64,000 nucleotides of DNA from a virus. A model generated the notes under the pieces. That model was not told the origin of the DNA, did not search any database, and was given only the letters and a program-made list of their open reading frames with translations. This document shows positions 18,256 to 27,836 of this stretch, in pieces (position 1 is the stretch's first letter; each line of letters opens with the position of its first letter). Both the position numbers and the translations under genes were made by a program. The DNA is taken from positions 1 to 64,000 of the IMG/VR virus record IMGVR_UViG_3300022744_000026, one strand, 5' to 3'.

Positions 18256-18540
18256 CTATCGTGCCTCCACGCCCGGCCCGTCCGCCTCCAGCCGATCCAG
18301 CTTCTCCTTGCGCCGCAGCGCCAGGTCGCGCCAGATGTCGCGCTCGGCTTCCAACTCGGCCTCGCGCTCGGCTGCGCGACGGCGGGGGATTAGCTCCCAC
18401 ACCTGGGGGTTGTCGCGGCGTTGCTGGCGGACTTCCTCGGCAGCGTCGGCGGTGCGCGCCAGGCTGGGGCCGAACTGCTCGACCCATCCGTTGCAGATGA
18501 GGTAGCCGGATGTGGGGATGTCGCGGATGGGGGTGGGCAT
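18256..18540 (-). CDS. Hypothetical protein
   Basis: MPTPIRDIPTSGYL... Confidence 0.5.
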   Translation of the reverse strand: MPTPIRDIPTSGYLICNGWVEQFGPSLARTADAAEEVRQQRRDNPQVWELIPRRRAAEREAELEAERDIWRDLALRRKEKLDRLEADGPGVEAR

Positions 18541-18541
18541 G

Positions 18542-18847
18542 TCAGTCTTTGGTGGTGGCGGCTGCGATGGCTGCGCGAAGTTGCTTGATTGACTCAATAT
18601 AAAGCTCATCATCTGCTAACTTTCTTCTGTAGATTGGAGTGTCAAAAAGACCTCGCATATTTAGCAGAGCATCCAGCAGATCAGGCGCCGCGGCGATCAG
18701 GCGAGCGTTTGCCCTGCGCTCGTCCAGTGGACCTATTGGCGCAACGAATGCAATGGGCGAGCAGCCACGCGACTTGCTGTCGCTGTCGCATACCTGCGTC
18801 TTGTCGAGGTGGTTTAATTGCCACGGCCCTGGTGTGTGCTTGCTCAT
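18542..18847 (-). CDS. Conserved phage protein (HTPGPW...ANARLIAAAPDLL family)
   Basis: Both hallmark motifs present. Confidence 0.8.
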   Translation of the reverse strand: MSKHTPGPWQLNHLDKTQVCDSDSKSRGCSPIAFVAPIGPLDERRANARLIAAAPDLLDALLNMRGLFDTPIYRRKLADDELYIESIKQLRAAIAAATTKD

Positions 18848-19143
18848 GATTGCAACTCCAATACAGCCAACTCCAACCGGAGCTTGCGCACCACAGCCCG
18901 CAGGCTGGCGATGCGTGGCAGGAACTCGGGACCGCCACGCAGCAGCGTGCAGCGGTATGAAAGGTCGGCGGCCAGGTGATCGGCGTCGGTGGCGTCGATG
19001 GTCTGGTGGCCGGCGGTGAACGACAGGCCGCGCCAGTGCGCGCGGTACTGCTCAGACGTGCTGGTGTCCTCGGCGCGGCGTGCCGCGGCTTCCTGGCAGG
19101 CTTGCGCCTGCAGGGTGGTGAGGTTGATGCGGATGGTGGTCAT
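18844..19143 (-). CDS. Hypothetical protein
   Basis: ATGA-coupled 99-aa ORF. Confidence 0.55.
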   Translation of the reverse strand: MTTIRINLTTLQAQACQEAAARRAEDTSTSEQYRAHWRGLSFTAGHQTIDATDADHLAADLSYRCTLLRGGPEFLPRIASLRAVVRKLRLELAVLELQS

Positions 19144-19892
19144 ACGGGCGGGAACTGGTGCTGCTGGCTGCGCTGGCGGTAGGTTGGCGCGGCATCGCTA
19201 GGCTGCTTGCCGGGCAGCGGCGTGCCGATGGCGGGGCGGGTCGCTTTGCGGCGCTCCAGCTTTGCCAGCAGGTCGAAGCCGCAGGCATCGTCTCGCATCG
19301 GCATGATGATCATCAGCGCCTCGTGGATGTGCATGAACTGCACGGCGACGGCGCTTTGCGGGTTTTCAGACCACAGGCGAACGCCAGAGAATCGGCCTGC
19401 ACCGATAGACGCCAGGTCGTTGGCCTGGGACAGGTATTTCGGATTGACGGCGCCAGCGGTGCAGGGCTTGAGCTTCGAAAACTCGGGGATGACCCGGATG
19501 ATGTCGGGGAATTTGCCCGTCATCTGTGCAGGCCCTGGCGACACGAACTGCTCGGTCTCGTCGTGAGCTGCACCGTGCCTGGAGTTGATGCTCAGGCGCT
19601 GGCCGTCCAGCACGGCGATCATGTCCGGCTTGCTCTTGACGCGAGCAGCCGCGGCGAGCAGGCCAGGCTTGATCGCGATGGTGATGTCGGACGCGCCGAC
19701 GATGTCGCCATCGGCGTCGTGCACGATAGCTGCGGCGTGGCCGTCGCAGCCGCAGACGAGCACGCCGGGGCCATCGGGGTACTTCAGGACGTGGATGCCG
19801 TTGAGGTAGTACCGGATGTCGGCGATCGCACGGCAGGTGGCGGCCATGCGCAGGGCGCGCAGGCTGAATTTGGCGCGGATGGTGGTGGTCAT
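19140..19892 (-). CDS. DNA polymerase III beta-clamp-like protein (partial clamp)
   Basis: DIRYYLNGI, CGCDGH, GKFPDIIRVIP, IIMPMR parallel DnaN motifs DVRYYLNG, ATDGHR, GRFPDYRRVLP, VVMPMR. Confidence 0.75.
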   Translation of the reverse strand: MTTTIRAKFSLRALRMAATCRAIADIRYYLNGIHVLKYPDGPGVLVCGCDGHAAAIVHDADGDIVGASDITIAIKPGLLAAAARVKSKPDMIAVLDGQRLSINSRHGAAHDETEQFVSPGPAQMTGKFPDIIRVIPEFSKLKPCTAGAVNPKYLSQANDLASIGAGRFSGVRLWSENPQSAVAVQFMHIHEALMIIMPMRDDACGFDLLAKLERRKATRPAIGTPLPGKQPSDAAPTYRQRSQQHQFPPV

Positions 19893-20177
19893 GTCGGTTG
19901 TGCCGGTGGTGCCGGCGTTGTGGTGGTGGCGATGGGTTGGCGACGCGCCAGGATGTCCGCAGCGCCCGCATAGCACTGCCAGACGACGGCAGCGCAGCAG
20001 CAGGCGCTGATGAGTTGCATGAGGATGGTGGCGCGCGTGGTCATGGCGATACCAGGCGAAGCACCCGCACCCAGTAATGCACACGCGAGCGTGCGGTGGG
20101 GTCGCTGTGGCGCATGGCGTAGAGGGCGGGTATCTTGTTGCGGGCCATGAGGGCGGCGCATTGGCGTTCGAGGGTGG

Positions 20178-20504
20178 TCACTGCACCACCACCATGGCAG
20201 CCGAGCCACCCGAGCGCTGCGCGCCGCACCAGCCGGTGGAGATGTGCCACACGCCGGCCTCCAGCACGGCTTCCACGTACTGGATCTGGCAGCGGTTGCG
20301 GTAGCTGTTGGGGACGAAGCCCCAGGCGCTGTACACGCGCACGCGGCGCTTGGCTGTGCCCAGGTGCGTCACCAGGGTGGCGACCTCGTCGGCATCGATC
20401 GCACGCTTGGTGCGCAGGCCGGGCTTGCCGAAGGCGGGCGCCAGGGCTGCGATGGCGGGCGCGGGGATAGCTCCGGCAGAGGCGAATTCGGGGATGAGGT
20501 ACAT
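20178..20504 (-). CDS. Hypothetical protein
   Basis: AAGGAG SD upstream; GFVPNSYR motif. Confidence 0.6.
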   Translation of the reverse strand: MYLIPEFASAGAIPAPAIAALAPAFGKPGLRTKRAIDADEVATLVTHLGTAKRRVRVYSAWGFVPNSYRNRCQIQYVEAVLEAGVWHISTGWCGAQRSGGSAAMVVVQ

Positions 20505-20550
20505 GGTGCGGCTCCTTGTGCATTGCGTAGCGACCCATCCGCCACACCTA

Positions 20551-20590
20551 AAATTTACTACAGCCACACCCACGCATCATGAGGGTTTGC
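20551..20590 (-). promoter_or_regulatory. Early/middle-type promoter motif, copy 1
   Basis: GCAAACCCTCAT-N17-GTAGTAAATTT on the minus strand. Confidence 0.6.
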
Positions 20591-20785
20591 TATCAGGTCC
20601 AGTGACTCGATAGCGGCTGCAATGCTGGCGCAGGCGTCGATGGCGGCGGTCGCGTCAGCGGCGGGTGTCAGGCCCATCTGCTGGTCGAGCTGCAGGCGCA
20701 CGTCGACGGGCAGGGTGAGCCAGTCGGCGTGCACTTGCTGTGACCACAGCAGGAGGGGGTCGGCGGTGAGGTAGTCGGCTTGCAT
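20558..20785 (-). CDS. Hypothetical protein (probably leaderless)
   Basis: TAAATT-N6-ATG. Confidence 0.55.
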   Translation of the reverse strand: MQADYLTADPLLLWSQQVHADWLTLPVDVRLQLDQQMGLTPAADATAAIDACASIAAAIESLDLIANPHDAWVWL

Positions 20786-20790
20786 GACTG

Positions 20791-20829
20791 AAATTTACTA
20801 CATTGCAGCCACCCGGGATGAGGGGTTGC
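20791..20829 (-). promoter_or_regulatory. Early/middle-type promoter motif, copy 2
   Basis: GCAACCCCTCAT-N16-GTAGTAAATTT on the minus strand. Confidence 0.6.
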
Positions 20830-20871
20830 ACTGTAAGTTGCTATGTGTCTGTGCAAGTCGATTGCCGGAGG

Positions 20872-21492
20872 CTATTGGTCGATGGCGGCGGTCAGGGCTT
20901 CCATCTGCGCGGCTTCGAATGCCTCGCGCGAGCCCCAGGAGGCGTGCTGCTCGTTGCTGGGGTCGTAGTCGATCCAGCCGTGGGGGCGGTAGGGGGCTGG
21001 AGCCGGCGCCGCGACGGGCTTGACTGGTGCGGGAGCCGGCGCCTCGCGCAGTCGCTCGATGGTCATCAGGCTGGTGCGCATGCTGTAGCTGGTGGTGAAC
21101 CTGCGGCCGATCCGCATGCCGGTGTTGCTGATGTGGGAGCGGGTCGTGGGCACCTTGTGCGGCTCGATCGTCAGCGTCATCCGGCCGCCAGGCGGTAGCA
21201 GGTCGATGCCGGCGAGTGCGCCGGTGACCTTGCTGGCGACCTCGGCGGTGGTGCTCTGCGCGGTCGGCGTGAGGCCGCAGGAGCGCAGCACGTTGGCAGC
21301 GAAGGCCGGGCTGAGCCACATGAGATAGGCCAAGGCCAGCTCGCGCGTGGCGTGGGTGGTGCTGGCTTCGCAGCGCAGTTCAGCCACCAGGGCGGTCGTC
21401 TGGCGCAGCGCCAGGAACCGTTCAGGGCGCTGCGCGTCGTTCGCGCCGATGGCTGAGTGGATGTCGAGCAGGTTGTGGGTGGTGGTTGGCAT
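20872..21492 (-). CDS. Hypothetical protein
   Basis: First gene of the leftward accessory block. Confidence 0.55.
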   Translation of the reverse strand: MPTTTHNLLDIHSAIGANDAQRPERFLALRQTTALVAELRCEASTTHATRELALAYLMWLSPAFAANVLRSCGLTPTAQSTTAEVASKVTGALAGIDLLPPGGRMTLTIEPHKVPTTRSHISNTGMRIGRRFTTSYSMRTSLMTIERLREAPAPAPVKPVAAPAPAPYRPHGWIDYDPSNEQHASWGSREAFEAAQMEALTAAIDQ

Positions 21493-21599
21493 ACATGCAT
21501 TCACTTGATGAGGAGGAGTGAGTGTATGAGCTTTCGACATTCACTGGATGGCTTGTGAATGAATGTTTTTGGCTGGTCGGTAATAGATTCAGGGCGAAA

Positions 21600-21910
21600 T
21601 CGTTGAGCAAATACCATCAACGGTTAGGAAAGTTATCAATGAAATCAACGACTTAGCTCTAACCCTACCAAATTACCTGTTACCGGCCAAAAAGACATAT
21701 AGAGAGAGAAAGACATATAAACATTCATTCATTTATACAGTGAATGAATGAATGAATATATTTCTCTCATAGTGTTTATATCTATGGTAATATTGGTAAG
21801 GTAAGTAGTAAGTAGAAAAAATTCTTCTTCAAGATCAACAACTTAGCGTCATTACCTGAAGTATTACTTGAACCGAACCGGTATTACCGTTGCTGACCTG
21901 CACGGTAATT
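21600..21910. other. AT-rich origin-like element A (TTACC/GGTAA pentamer arrays, two IHF-consensus sites)
   Basis: AATCAACGACTTA at 21643-21655 and GATCAACAACTTA at 21833-21845; central CATTCATTCA...TGAATGAATG inverted repeat. Confidence 0.6.
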
Positions 21911-21980
21911 CACGGGTTCTCCTGGGTGGATTGCGCAGAAAACAGGCACAATGAGGGGAGCGGATAGAAGGCTAGCTAAA

Positions 21981-22520
21981 ATGCACAAAGTCACCTACTT
22001 CACCCCGGAATGGGCGCCCCAAGGGCGCTTGTTTTTCCGGTGCGACCGCCTGGCGGCGACGCTGGGGCCCGAGCAGTGCGCGACGAACTGGGGGCGCGCT
22101 ACGGCGGGCGACGGGATGCTGAGGTGCAAGGGGTGCAGGGTCGGGGCGGAGCATGCGGGGCAGGACCGCGCCAACGCTCACCCGCTGCGGGGGATGATGA
22201 TCTGCGCTAGGTGCCAGCGTGGCTGCAGCCGGCTGGTCGAAGGCTGGACGTGTGTGAGCTGCTATAACCGCGGCCGCGAGTGGCGCATGCAGCGCAACGC
22301 CAAGGGCAGCTTCCCGAGCCGCATGAAGCCGCTGGTGCCGATGACGATCACCTACACCGAGGCCGGCGTCCCCGGCGTGCTGCGGCGCCAGTGGACGCAG
22401 AGCCGCGAGGAACTGGTGTTCGGCTTGTTGCGCGACGCTACCGGCGAGGTGGCGATTGCGTTCAACGGCAAGCCGAACCTGTCCGGCGCTACCGGAACCC
22501 CGCAGGGGTCGCTCTGGTGA
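21981..22520 (+). CDS. Cys-rich Zn-finger protein
   Basis: CKGC, CARC, CVSC pairs. Confidence 0.65.
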   Translation: MHKVTYFTPEWAPQGRLFFRCDRLAATLGPEQCATNWGRATAGDGMLRCKGCRVGAEHAGQDRANAHPLRGMMICARCQRGCSRLVEGWTCVSCYNRGREWRMQRNAKGSFPSRMKPLVPMTITYTEAGVPGVLRRQWTQSREELVFGLLRDATGEVAIAFNGKPNLSGATGTPQGSLW

Positions 22521-22783
22521 GCGGCTGGACGATCGAGCCGCACGTCTGCCGCGCCTGCGGTGGCCGCGTGCTGAGCCAGGACACGGAAGGCGAGGAAACC
22601 CGCTACCGCTGCAGCAACTGCGGAACCGAGGCGCTGGGGCGTCGGCCATGGGTGGTGTGCGGGTGCGGGATCAGGATTCGCGGCGCGGTGGATGCTGGAC
22701 TGAGGTGCCGGCAGAACCCTGATCGGTCGATCGAGGTGCCCGCGGAGATTGTGGTGATGCAATCGATTGAGCGGGCCCGATAG
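22517..22783 (+). CDS. Zn-ribbon protein
   Basis: CRACG, CSNCG, CGCG; GTGA overlap start. Confidence 0.6.
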   Translation: MSGWTIEPHVCRACGGRVLSQDTEGEETRYRCSNCGTEALGRRPWVVCGCGIRIRGAVDAGLRCRQNPDRSIEVPAEIVVMQSIERAR

Positions 22784-22823
22784 CCAACCCCAATCCACAC
22801 CCCACCCGCCACGTAGTAAATTT
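22783..22823 (+). promoter_or_regulatory. Early/middle-type promoter motif, copy 3
   Basis: GCCAACCCCAAT-N18-GTAGTAAATTT. Confidence 0.55.
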
Positions 22824-22854
22824 GAGGCTCTACTAACCAACCAGCCCCACTGCC

Positions 22855-23157
22855 ATGCATCCCCTCTTCCTCCTCGTCGCAAGCGCCCCGCCCACCGTCC
22901 CCGCGTGGTTCCGCGACCCCACCCCCGCCCCAGTCCGCCCCGTCGTCTGCCAGCAGGCCGAGTATGCGCTCGATGCCGAATGGGATGCCTGCGATGTCGA
23001 CGAGCAGTACCGCGCCGATTACCTGCGCCTGCTGGAGTGGCGCGGGCACCTGATGAACTGGTCTGCCGGCATGGATCAGCGCCGCGCCATCGCCTGGCCG
23101 CTGGCGTGGGCGCAGATGCAGATGGAGCAACTGAAGGCCGCGGGGGTGGAGTTGTGA
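22855..23157 (+). CDS. Hypothetical phage protein
   Basis: 100-aa ORF, WPLAWA motif. Confidence 0.6.
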   Translation: MHPLFLLVASAPPTVPAWFRDPTPAPVRPVVCQQAEYALDAEWDACDVDEQYRADYLRLLEWRGHLMNWSAGMDQRRAIAWPLAWAQMQMEQLKAAGVEL

Positions 23158-23369
23158 GCCGCATCCCTGCCCTGGCGGCCGTCTGCATCGGCTGGCTGCT
23201 GGTGTTCTCCGGCTATCTGTGGGGCTTGGCCGACCTCGGCTGGTACGTCGCCACAGGCGCCACGCTGACCGGCTTTGACTGGCTGGATGTCACCGGCGCT
23301 GCCGTGCTTGGCGTGCAGACTGGGGTGATGCTGCTGATCGGGTGGATGGCTTGGGGGGATGAGGTATGA
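23154..23369 (+). CDS. Small membrane protein
   Basis: Two hydrophobic segments; 4-nt overlaps. Confidence 0.55.
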   Translation: MSRIPALAAVCIGWLLVFSGYLWGLADLGWYVATGATLTGFDWLDVTGAAVLGVQTGVMLLIGWMAWGDEV

Positions 23370-23815
23370 CGGTCACGGCCAGAGCCCGCGTCAAACTCGT
23401 CACCCGCAAGCAGCGCACCGGCTCGCTTCCCGAGCGGATCATCGCCACACTGCGCGAGCACGGCCCGATGACGGCGATCGTCCTGCACGAGGTGCACTTC
23501 CCCACGTGCCTGCGGTCCGGCATTTCACGCGCGCTGAACCAGCTCATGAGCAGCGAGACGTGGCGCGGCACGAAGCGGCATCGCCGGGCCTACATCAAAG
23601 CTTGGGAGCGCAGCGACGCGGACGGCAGGCTCTACCTGCGCGCGGTGTATGCGTCGGGCATCAACCGGCCGAACGCCGAGAAGCCGCCGATGCTGACGCA
23701 GGCTGAGCGGCGGGCGCGAGTCGCCGAGCGCAAGCTGGAGAAGCAGCGCATGGAGGCTGCAAATCTGGTGGCTCGCGTCCCCGCCAGCATCTTCCACCTC
23801 GGCGCCACACTGTGA
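23366..23815 (+). CDS. Putative winged-helix DNA-binding protein
   Basis: IIATLREHGPMT...ISRALNQL; basic composition. Confidence 0.5.
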   Translation: MTVTARARVKLVTRKQRTGSLPERIIATLREHGPMTAIVLHEVHFPTCLRSGISRALNQLMSSETWRGTKRHRRAYIKAWERSDADGRLYLRAVYASGINRPNAEKPPMLTQAERRARVAERKLEKQRMEAANLVARVPASIFHLGATL

Positions 23816-23868
23816 GCGCCGGCCCGGTCGTGGCGCGTAAGCTGTGGCTGGGACCAACAAGGGATGAA

Positions 23869-24273
23869 ATGGACGCAACTAACCCTTTCCTTCTGGCCGG
23901 CTCTGGCGCCCTGATGGGCATGGCCGTGTCGTTCGCCGTGTCGGCGTTCATCGATCGGCGGCGCGAGCGCGCCATCGATGACAGCTTTGAAAGCCTGTTC
24001 GAGACCGACCCCTGGCACACCCTGCCTGACGGCAGGATCGAACTCGGCGCCACGGGCTACGCCATCAAGCACCTGCCCGGCAGCGATGCGGCGTTTCAGT
24101 TGTTCAGTCCGGAGGGCGTGCGCGTGGCGACTGGTCAGCCCGGCTCGCTGGACCAGCTCAAGGGCTATGCCGAGACGCTGGCCGACGAGCGCCAGCAGTT
24201 CGAGCCGCTGGACGACGTGGCCGGGCTGGCGGCCCGCGTCGATGCCCTGGTGGCGCGGGTGCGCAAGCCATGA
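23869..24273 (+). CDS. Membrane-anchored hypothetical protein
   Basis: N-terminal TM segment. Confidence 0.55.
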   Translation: MDATNPFLLAGSGALMGMAVSFAVSAFIDRRRERAIDDSFESLFETDPWHTLPDGRIELGATGYAIKHLPGSDAAFQLFSPEGVRVATGQPGSLDQLKGYAETLADERQQFEPLDDVAGLAARVDALVARVRKP

Positions 24274-24770
24274 GCTTTACCATCCCCGCCCGCCCGGGCC
24301 CGGCCGAGATCGCCGACCGCCTGCTGCGCCTGCCCGAGTTCGAGCACCTGCGCGCTGGCGAGGCCCGCGTGGTGTACCTGATGCGGGTGGATCCGGTCAT
24401 CAAAGCCGGCCGCCAGGTTCTGGGCACCTGCTACCTGCCGACCGTGCAGGGATCGCTCAAGCCGCTGTTCGACTGGCTGCTGGCGGACCGGTTCGGCAAT
24501 GACCCGCCGATCGACTTCCTGATCGTGCTGGACACCGAGTACTGGCAAGCCGCCAGCGAGCTGCAGCGGGAAATTCTGGTCTATCACGAACTCATGCACT
24601 GCGGACAGGCCGTGGACAAGCACGGCGCCGACCGGTTCGACCCGGTGACGGGCCAGCCGATCTGGTGCATCCGCGGACATGACGTGGAGGAATTCGTGGC
24701 CGTGGTCGAGCGCTACGGCCAGCACAACGACGACATCCGCCGCTTTGTCGCGGCAGCGAAGGGGGAATGA
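24270..24770 (+). CDS. Phage putative metallopeptidase
   Basis: LVYHELMHC (HEXXH) and HDVEEF..VVERYG. Confidence 0.8.
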   Translation: MSFTIPARPGPAEIADRLLRLPEFEHLRAGEARVVYLMRVDPVIKAGRQVLGTCYLPTVQGSLKPLFDWLLADRFGNDPPIDFLIVLDTEYWQAASELQREILVYHELMHCGQAVDKHGADRFDPVTGQPIWCIRGHDVEEFVAVVERYGQHNDDIRRFVAAAKGE

Positions 24771-25018
24771 TGAAAGACCTTGTTGCCCGCCCTGTGCGGC
24801 CAGGTGATCTGGTGGTGGTCGCGGTCCCCGAGGGGTTCCCGGCCTGGATGCTGCAGGACACGGTGCGCGCCATGCGTGGCCGACTGCCGCGCGACGTGGC
24901 GATGACGTTCCTGCCTGCAGGCCTGGGCGTAGAGGTGCGCCGGCCGCCGGAGGGCGATCGCACGCCCGCGCACTTCGAGCTTCCCGAGGTTGAGTGGCGC
25001 GCTATCAACAGTGATTGA
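24767..25018 (+). CDS. Hypothetical protein
   Basis: ATGA-coupled 83-aa ORF. Confidence 0.5.
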   Translation: MMKDLVARPVRPGDLVVVAVPEGFPAWMLQDTVRAMRGRLPRDVAMTFLPAGLGVEVRRPPEGDRTPAHFELPEVEWRAINSD

Positions 25019-25053
25019 CAGTGGGTTGATAGTTGATAGTGCGCATTGATAGA

Positions 25054-25073
25054 CGTGACACCACCATTAACGC
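25054..25073 (+). promoter_or_regulatory. Late-type promoter motif (first of 11 copies)
   Basis: CGTGAC-AC-CACCAT-N6-ATG; other CGTGAC copies at 28198, 29980, 37279, 38423, 40036, 48583, 53664, 57130, 63598 (minus strand) and 63605. Confidence 0.75.
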
Positions 25074-25736
25074 ATGGCGACAAAACACCCCCGCAGGGCC
25101 GAGGCTGAGGCCGCAATCCGAGTCCACCTGAGCACGCGCGGCAATGGTGACTGGGAGGCCGTGCTTACGCAATTTCCAGACGTGTCGGCGCCGAGCATGT
25201 GGCGGTGGATCCGCGAGGTAAAGGCGGGCGCACCGGAGGGCGCGCAGCTCAAGACCGCCGTCAGCCGCATCCGCCGGTCGCTCAAGGACGACAAGGTGTA
25301 TCGCACCGAGGAGGCCAGCCAGCAGGCCGTGCGGCACATCGCCGATCAACTGCCGGCGGCGCCGCGGCCGGAGTACATCGCCAGGACCGGGTCAGCCGGC
25401 CTGGAGAACATCGACTTCGTGCGCGAGATCCGGCACCTGTACTCCGACGCCCTGATGCTGCGCGCGTACTGCACAAAGGTCGACGCCGAGACCGGGCAGG
25501 AGAGCATCAAGCAGCCGATGCTGTTCGAAAAGCAGATCGCGCGGCGTGCCAGCCTGATCGAGACCAGCATCAAGACCGTGCAGGAGCTTTGGGACTTGCG
25601 CACGATGCAGGGGTTTTATCAGGCGATCATCGAGGAGATCGGCAAAGAGGCGCCCGATGTCCAGCACCGCATCATGGACAGGTTGCGGGCGCTGAACAAC
25701 GAGCGCGGCATGACGATGTTCACCACGGCGTTCTGA
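25074..25736 (+). CDS. Terminase small subunit (putative)
   Basis: N-terminal HTH-like region (SAPSMWRWI), helical; directly upstream of TerL. Confidence 0.7.
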   Translation: MATKHPRRAEAEAAIRVHLSTRGNGDWEAVLTQFPDVSAPSMWRWIREVKAGAPEGAQLKTAVSRIRRSLKDDKVYRTEEASQQAVRHIADQLPAAPRPEYIARTGSAGLENIDFVREIRHLYSDALMLRAYCTKVDAETGQESIKQPMLFEKQIARRASLIETSIKTVQELWDLRTMQGFYQAIIEEIGKEAPDVQHRIMDRLRALNNERGMTMFTTAF

Positions 25737-25737
25737 C

Positions 25738-27834
25738 GTGCGCGGGGTTGTGCAGAGGCGTAGGGGCCTGCCGGACTACCGCAGCGGCCTGTCGAGCCTG
25801 ATCTCGAAGCTGGAGGAGAAGACCGGCTATCGGGTGGCAAAGGTCGGCATCGAGGCGGGCGTGACGTTCCGCGACTGGTGCGAGGAGCTTGGCCGCAAGG
25901 GCATGAAAGTCGACGGAAAGCCGTTCAAGCTGGACGACCGCCCGGCCATGGCATGGATCTACGATCAAGTGCCCAGCACTGAGGATGAGGCCTACCGCCT
26001 GGTGCTGGTGCTGATGAAATGCGCGCAGGTGGGTTTTACGGTCATGGAGATGCTTGCGTGCATCTACCTGGGCCTGCGCTTCGGGCCGGCAATCGTCGGC
26101 ATGTTCCTGCCGGACATGAACCTCGCCGGCCTGAAGTCGACCGAGCGGTTCATGCCCATCGTGCGCTCCACGCCGAGCGTGCACGAGCTGATGACTCAGG
26201 ACGCGCCGGACGGCAGCGGGCGCAAGCAGGGCGAGGGCAACGTCAACCGCCGCCGCATTGGTGAAGCGCTGTTCGTGTTCAGTTGGACATCTGGCCGGGC
26301 CACCACCGAGTCTGTGCCCATGGACGTCCTGAGCTTCGATGAAGTGCAGGAAATGACGCTGGAGCAGATGGAGAAGACCATCGAGCGCCTGAGCGCCAGC
26401 CCGCTGCGTTTCGTGCTGATGGGGTCGACCGCCAACTGGCCTGATGCCGACATCCACCACTGGTACAAGCGCGGCAGTCGGCGGCGCTTCCATACCCGCT
26501 GCCGCACATGCGGTGTGGCTGAGCCCATCGATGAGTACTTTCCGCAGTGCTTCAAGTTCGATGAGGCCACGGGTGTGCATCGGTACACCTGCCGGGCAGG
26601 GCACGTGATCGATGACCCGCAGGACGGCGAGTGGATCGCCGAAAACCCGGATGCCGACCCGCCGGTGAATCTGGACATCCCCAAGAAAGACCGGCCGCTG
26701 CGGATCCGCAGCATCCACTTCCCGCAGATGCTGAGCCCGACGATCAGCCCGACTGAAATTTGGGACGCCTACCGGTTCGCGGAGTCGATGAAGAACTTCT
26801 TCAACCGCAAGTTGGGGAAGCCGTATCTGGATCCGAGCCAGGTTCCGGTGACGCTGGAGCACCTGCGCGAGGCCGAGCGCCAGGGCATCGCCATGGGCCT
26901 GCAGTGGGAGTCCCGCGGCAAGGGTTGCTTCATGGGCATCGACCAGATGGGCAACTTCAATGTCGTGGTGATCAAGCGTCGGCTGGACGATGGCCGGCAG
27001 GCGCTGGTGCACGCCGAGCTGGTCTACGACGCCGACCCTTTCCAGCGGTGCAGCGCGCTCATGGAGGCATTCGGCGTCTATGCGTGCGTGGTCGAAATCA
27101 ACCCGAACTACAACGACGCGAAGCGCTTCGCCAACCGCCACCCTGGTCGGGTGTTCATCTGCGACAGCTTCGGCAAGGTGGCGGAAGGCATGATCCAGTG
27201 GGGCGACGCCATGAAGCTGGACACCAGCGAAAGGCGCACCAGCGAGGATGCGCGCGACCGCTACACGCTGCGCATGGACCAGTTCAAGTGCATGCAGGTC
27301 AGCATGGCGCGGTTCACGCACACTGACCCACGCACCGGCGCGCCCGCCCCGCTGTGCCTGTTCCCGGACGCGCAGGGGCTGGTGCAGGATGTGGTCGAGT
27401 CAGGCGCCAGGCAGCAAAAGCCAGTCCTGCCGATCGCGTGGCACCACTTCACGAAGACCGCGCTGGTGTCCGAGAAGGACGACGAGACGAACAAGTACAA
27501 GCGCGTCGTCAAGAAAATCGGCATCGACCCGCACTTCAGTTATGCGAACATGCTGTGCGATGTCGCATGGGCCCGCGCGCATGGGACGACGCTTTTCATC
27601 ATGCCCGAGGAGTCGTCCACCATGAGCGCGAAACTGGACAACGACATGGCGAGGCTCGACCTCTCCAAAGTCCCATCCGCCCACGCCGCCCGCGTCGTGG
27701 AGATCATGACCGCCCCGACCGTCACCGGCACCTGCGGCACCTGCACGGCCTACATGGACGGCCAGTGCACCGAGCGAGGCTTCAACGTGGCGGCGCGCGA
27801 CACGGCGTGTGACCTGTACGCGGCTGAGGCGTGA
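25738..27834 (+). CDS. terL: Terminase large subunit, GpA-like
   Basis: KCAQVGFT Walker A variant, SFDEVQEM Walker B, GST coupling motif, Zn ribbon, MGIDQ nuclease Asp, DPHF. Confidence 0.9.
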   Translation: MRGVVQRRRGLPDYRSGLSSLISKLEEKTGYRVAKVGIEAGVTFRDWCEELGRKGMKVDGKPFKLDDRPAMAWIYDQVPSTEDEAYRLVLVLMKCAQVGFTVMEMLACIYLGLRFGPAIVGMFLPDMNLAGLKSTERFMPIVRSTPSVHELMTQDAPDGSGRKQGEGNVNRRRIGEALFVFSWTSGRATTESVPMDVLSFDEVQEMTLEQMEKTIERLSASPLRFVLMGSTANWPDADIHHWYKRGSRRRFHTRCRTCGVAEPIDEYFPQCFKFDEATGVHRYTCRAGHVIDDPQDGEWIAENPDADPPVNLDIPKKDRPLRIRSIHFPQMLSPTISPTEIWDAYRFAESMKNFFNRKLGKPYLDPSQVPVTLEHLREAERQGIAMGLQWESRGKGCFMGIDQMGNFNVVVIKRRLDDGRQALVHAELVYDADPFQRCSALMEAFGVYACVVEINPNYNDAKRFANRHPGRVFICDSFGKVAEGMIQWGDAMKLDTSERRTSEDARDRYTLRMDQFKCMQVSMARFTHTDPRTGAPAPLCLFPDAQGLVQDVVESGARQQKPVLPIAWHHFTKTALVSEKDDETNKYKRVVKKIGIDPHFSYANMLCDVAWARAHGTTLFIMPEESSTMSAKLDNDMARLDLSKVPSAHAARVVEIMTAPTVTGTCGTCTAYMDGQCTERGFNVAARDTACDLYAAEA

Positions 27835-27836
27835 CC

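Noticed and set aside
25015-25045. Perfect TTGACA as a sigma70 -35 for terS
   Set aside because: No credible -10 at 16-18 nt spacing
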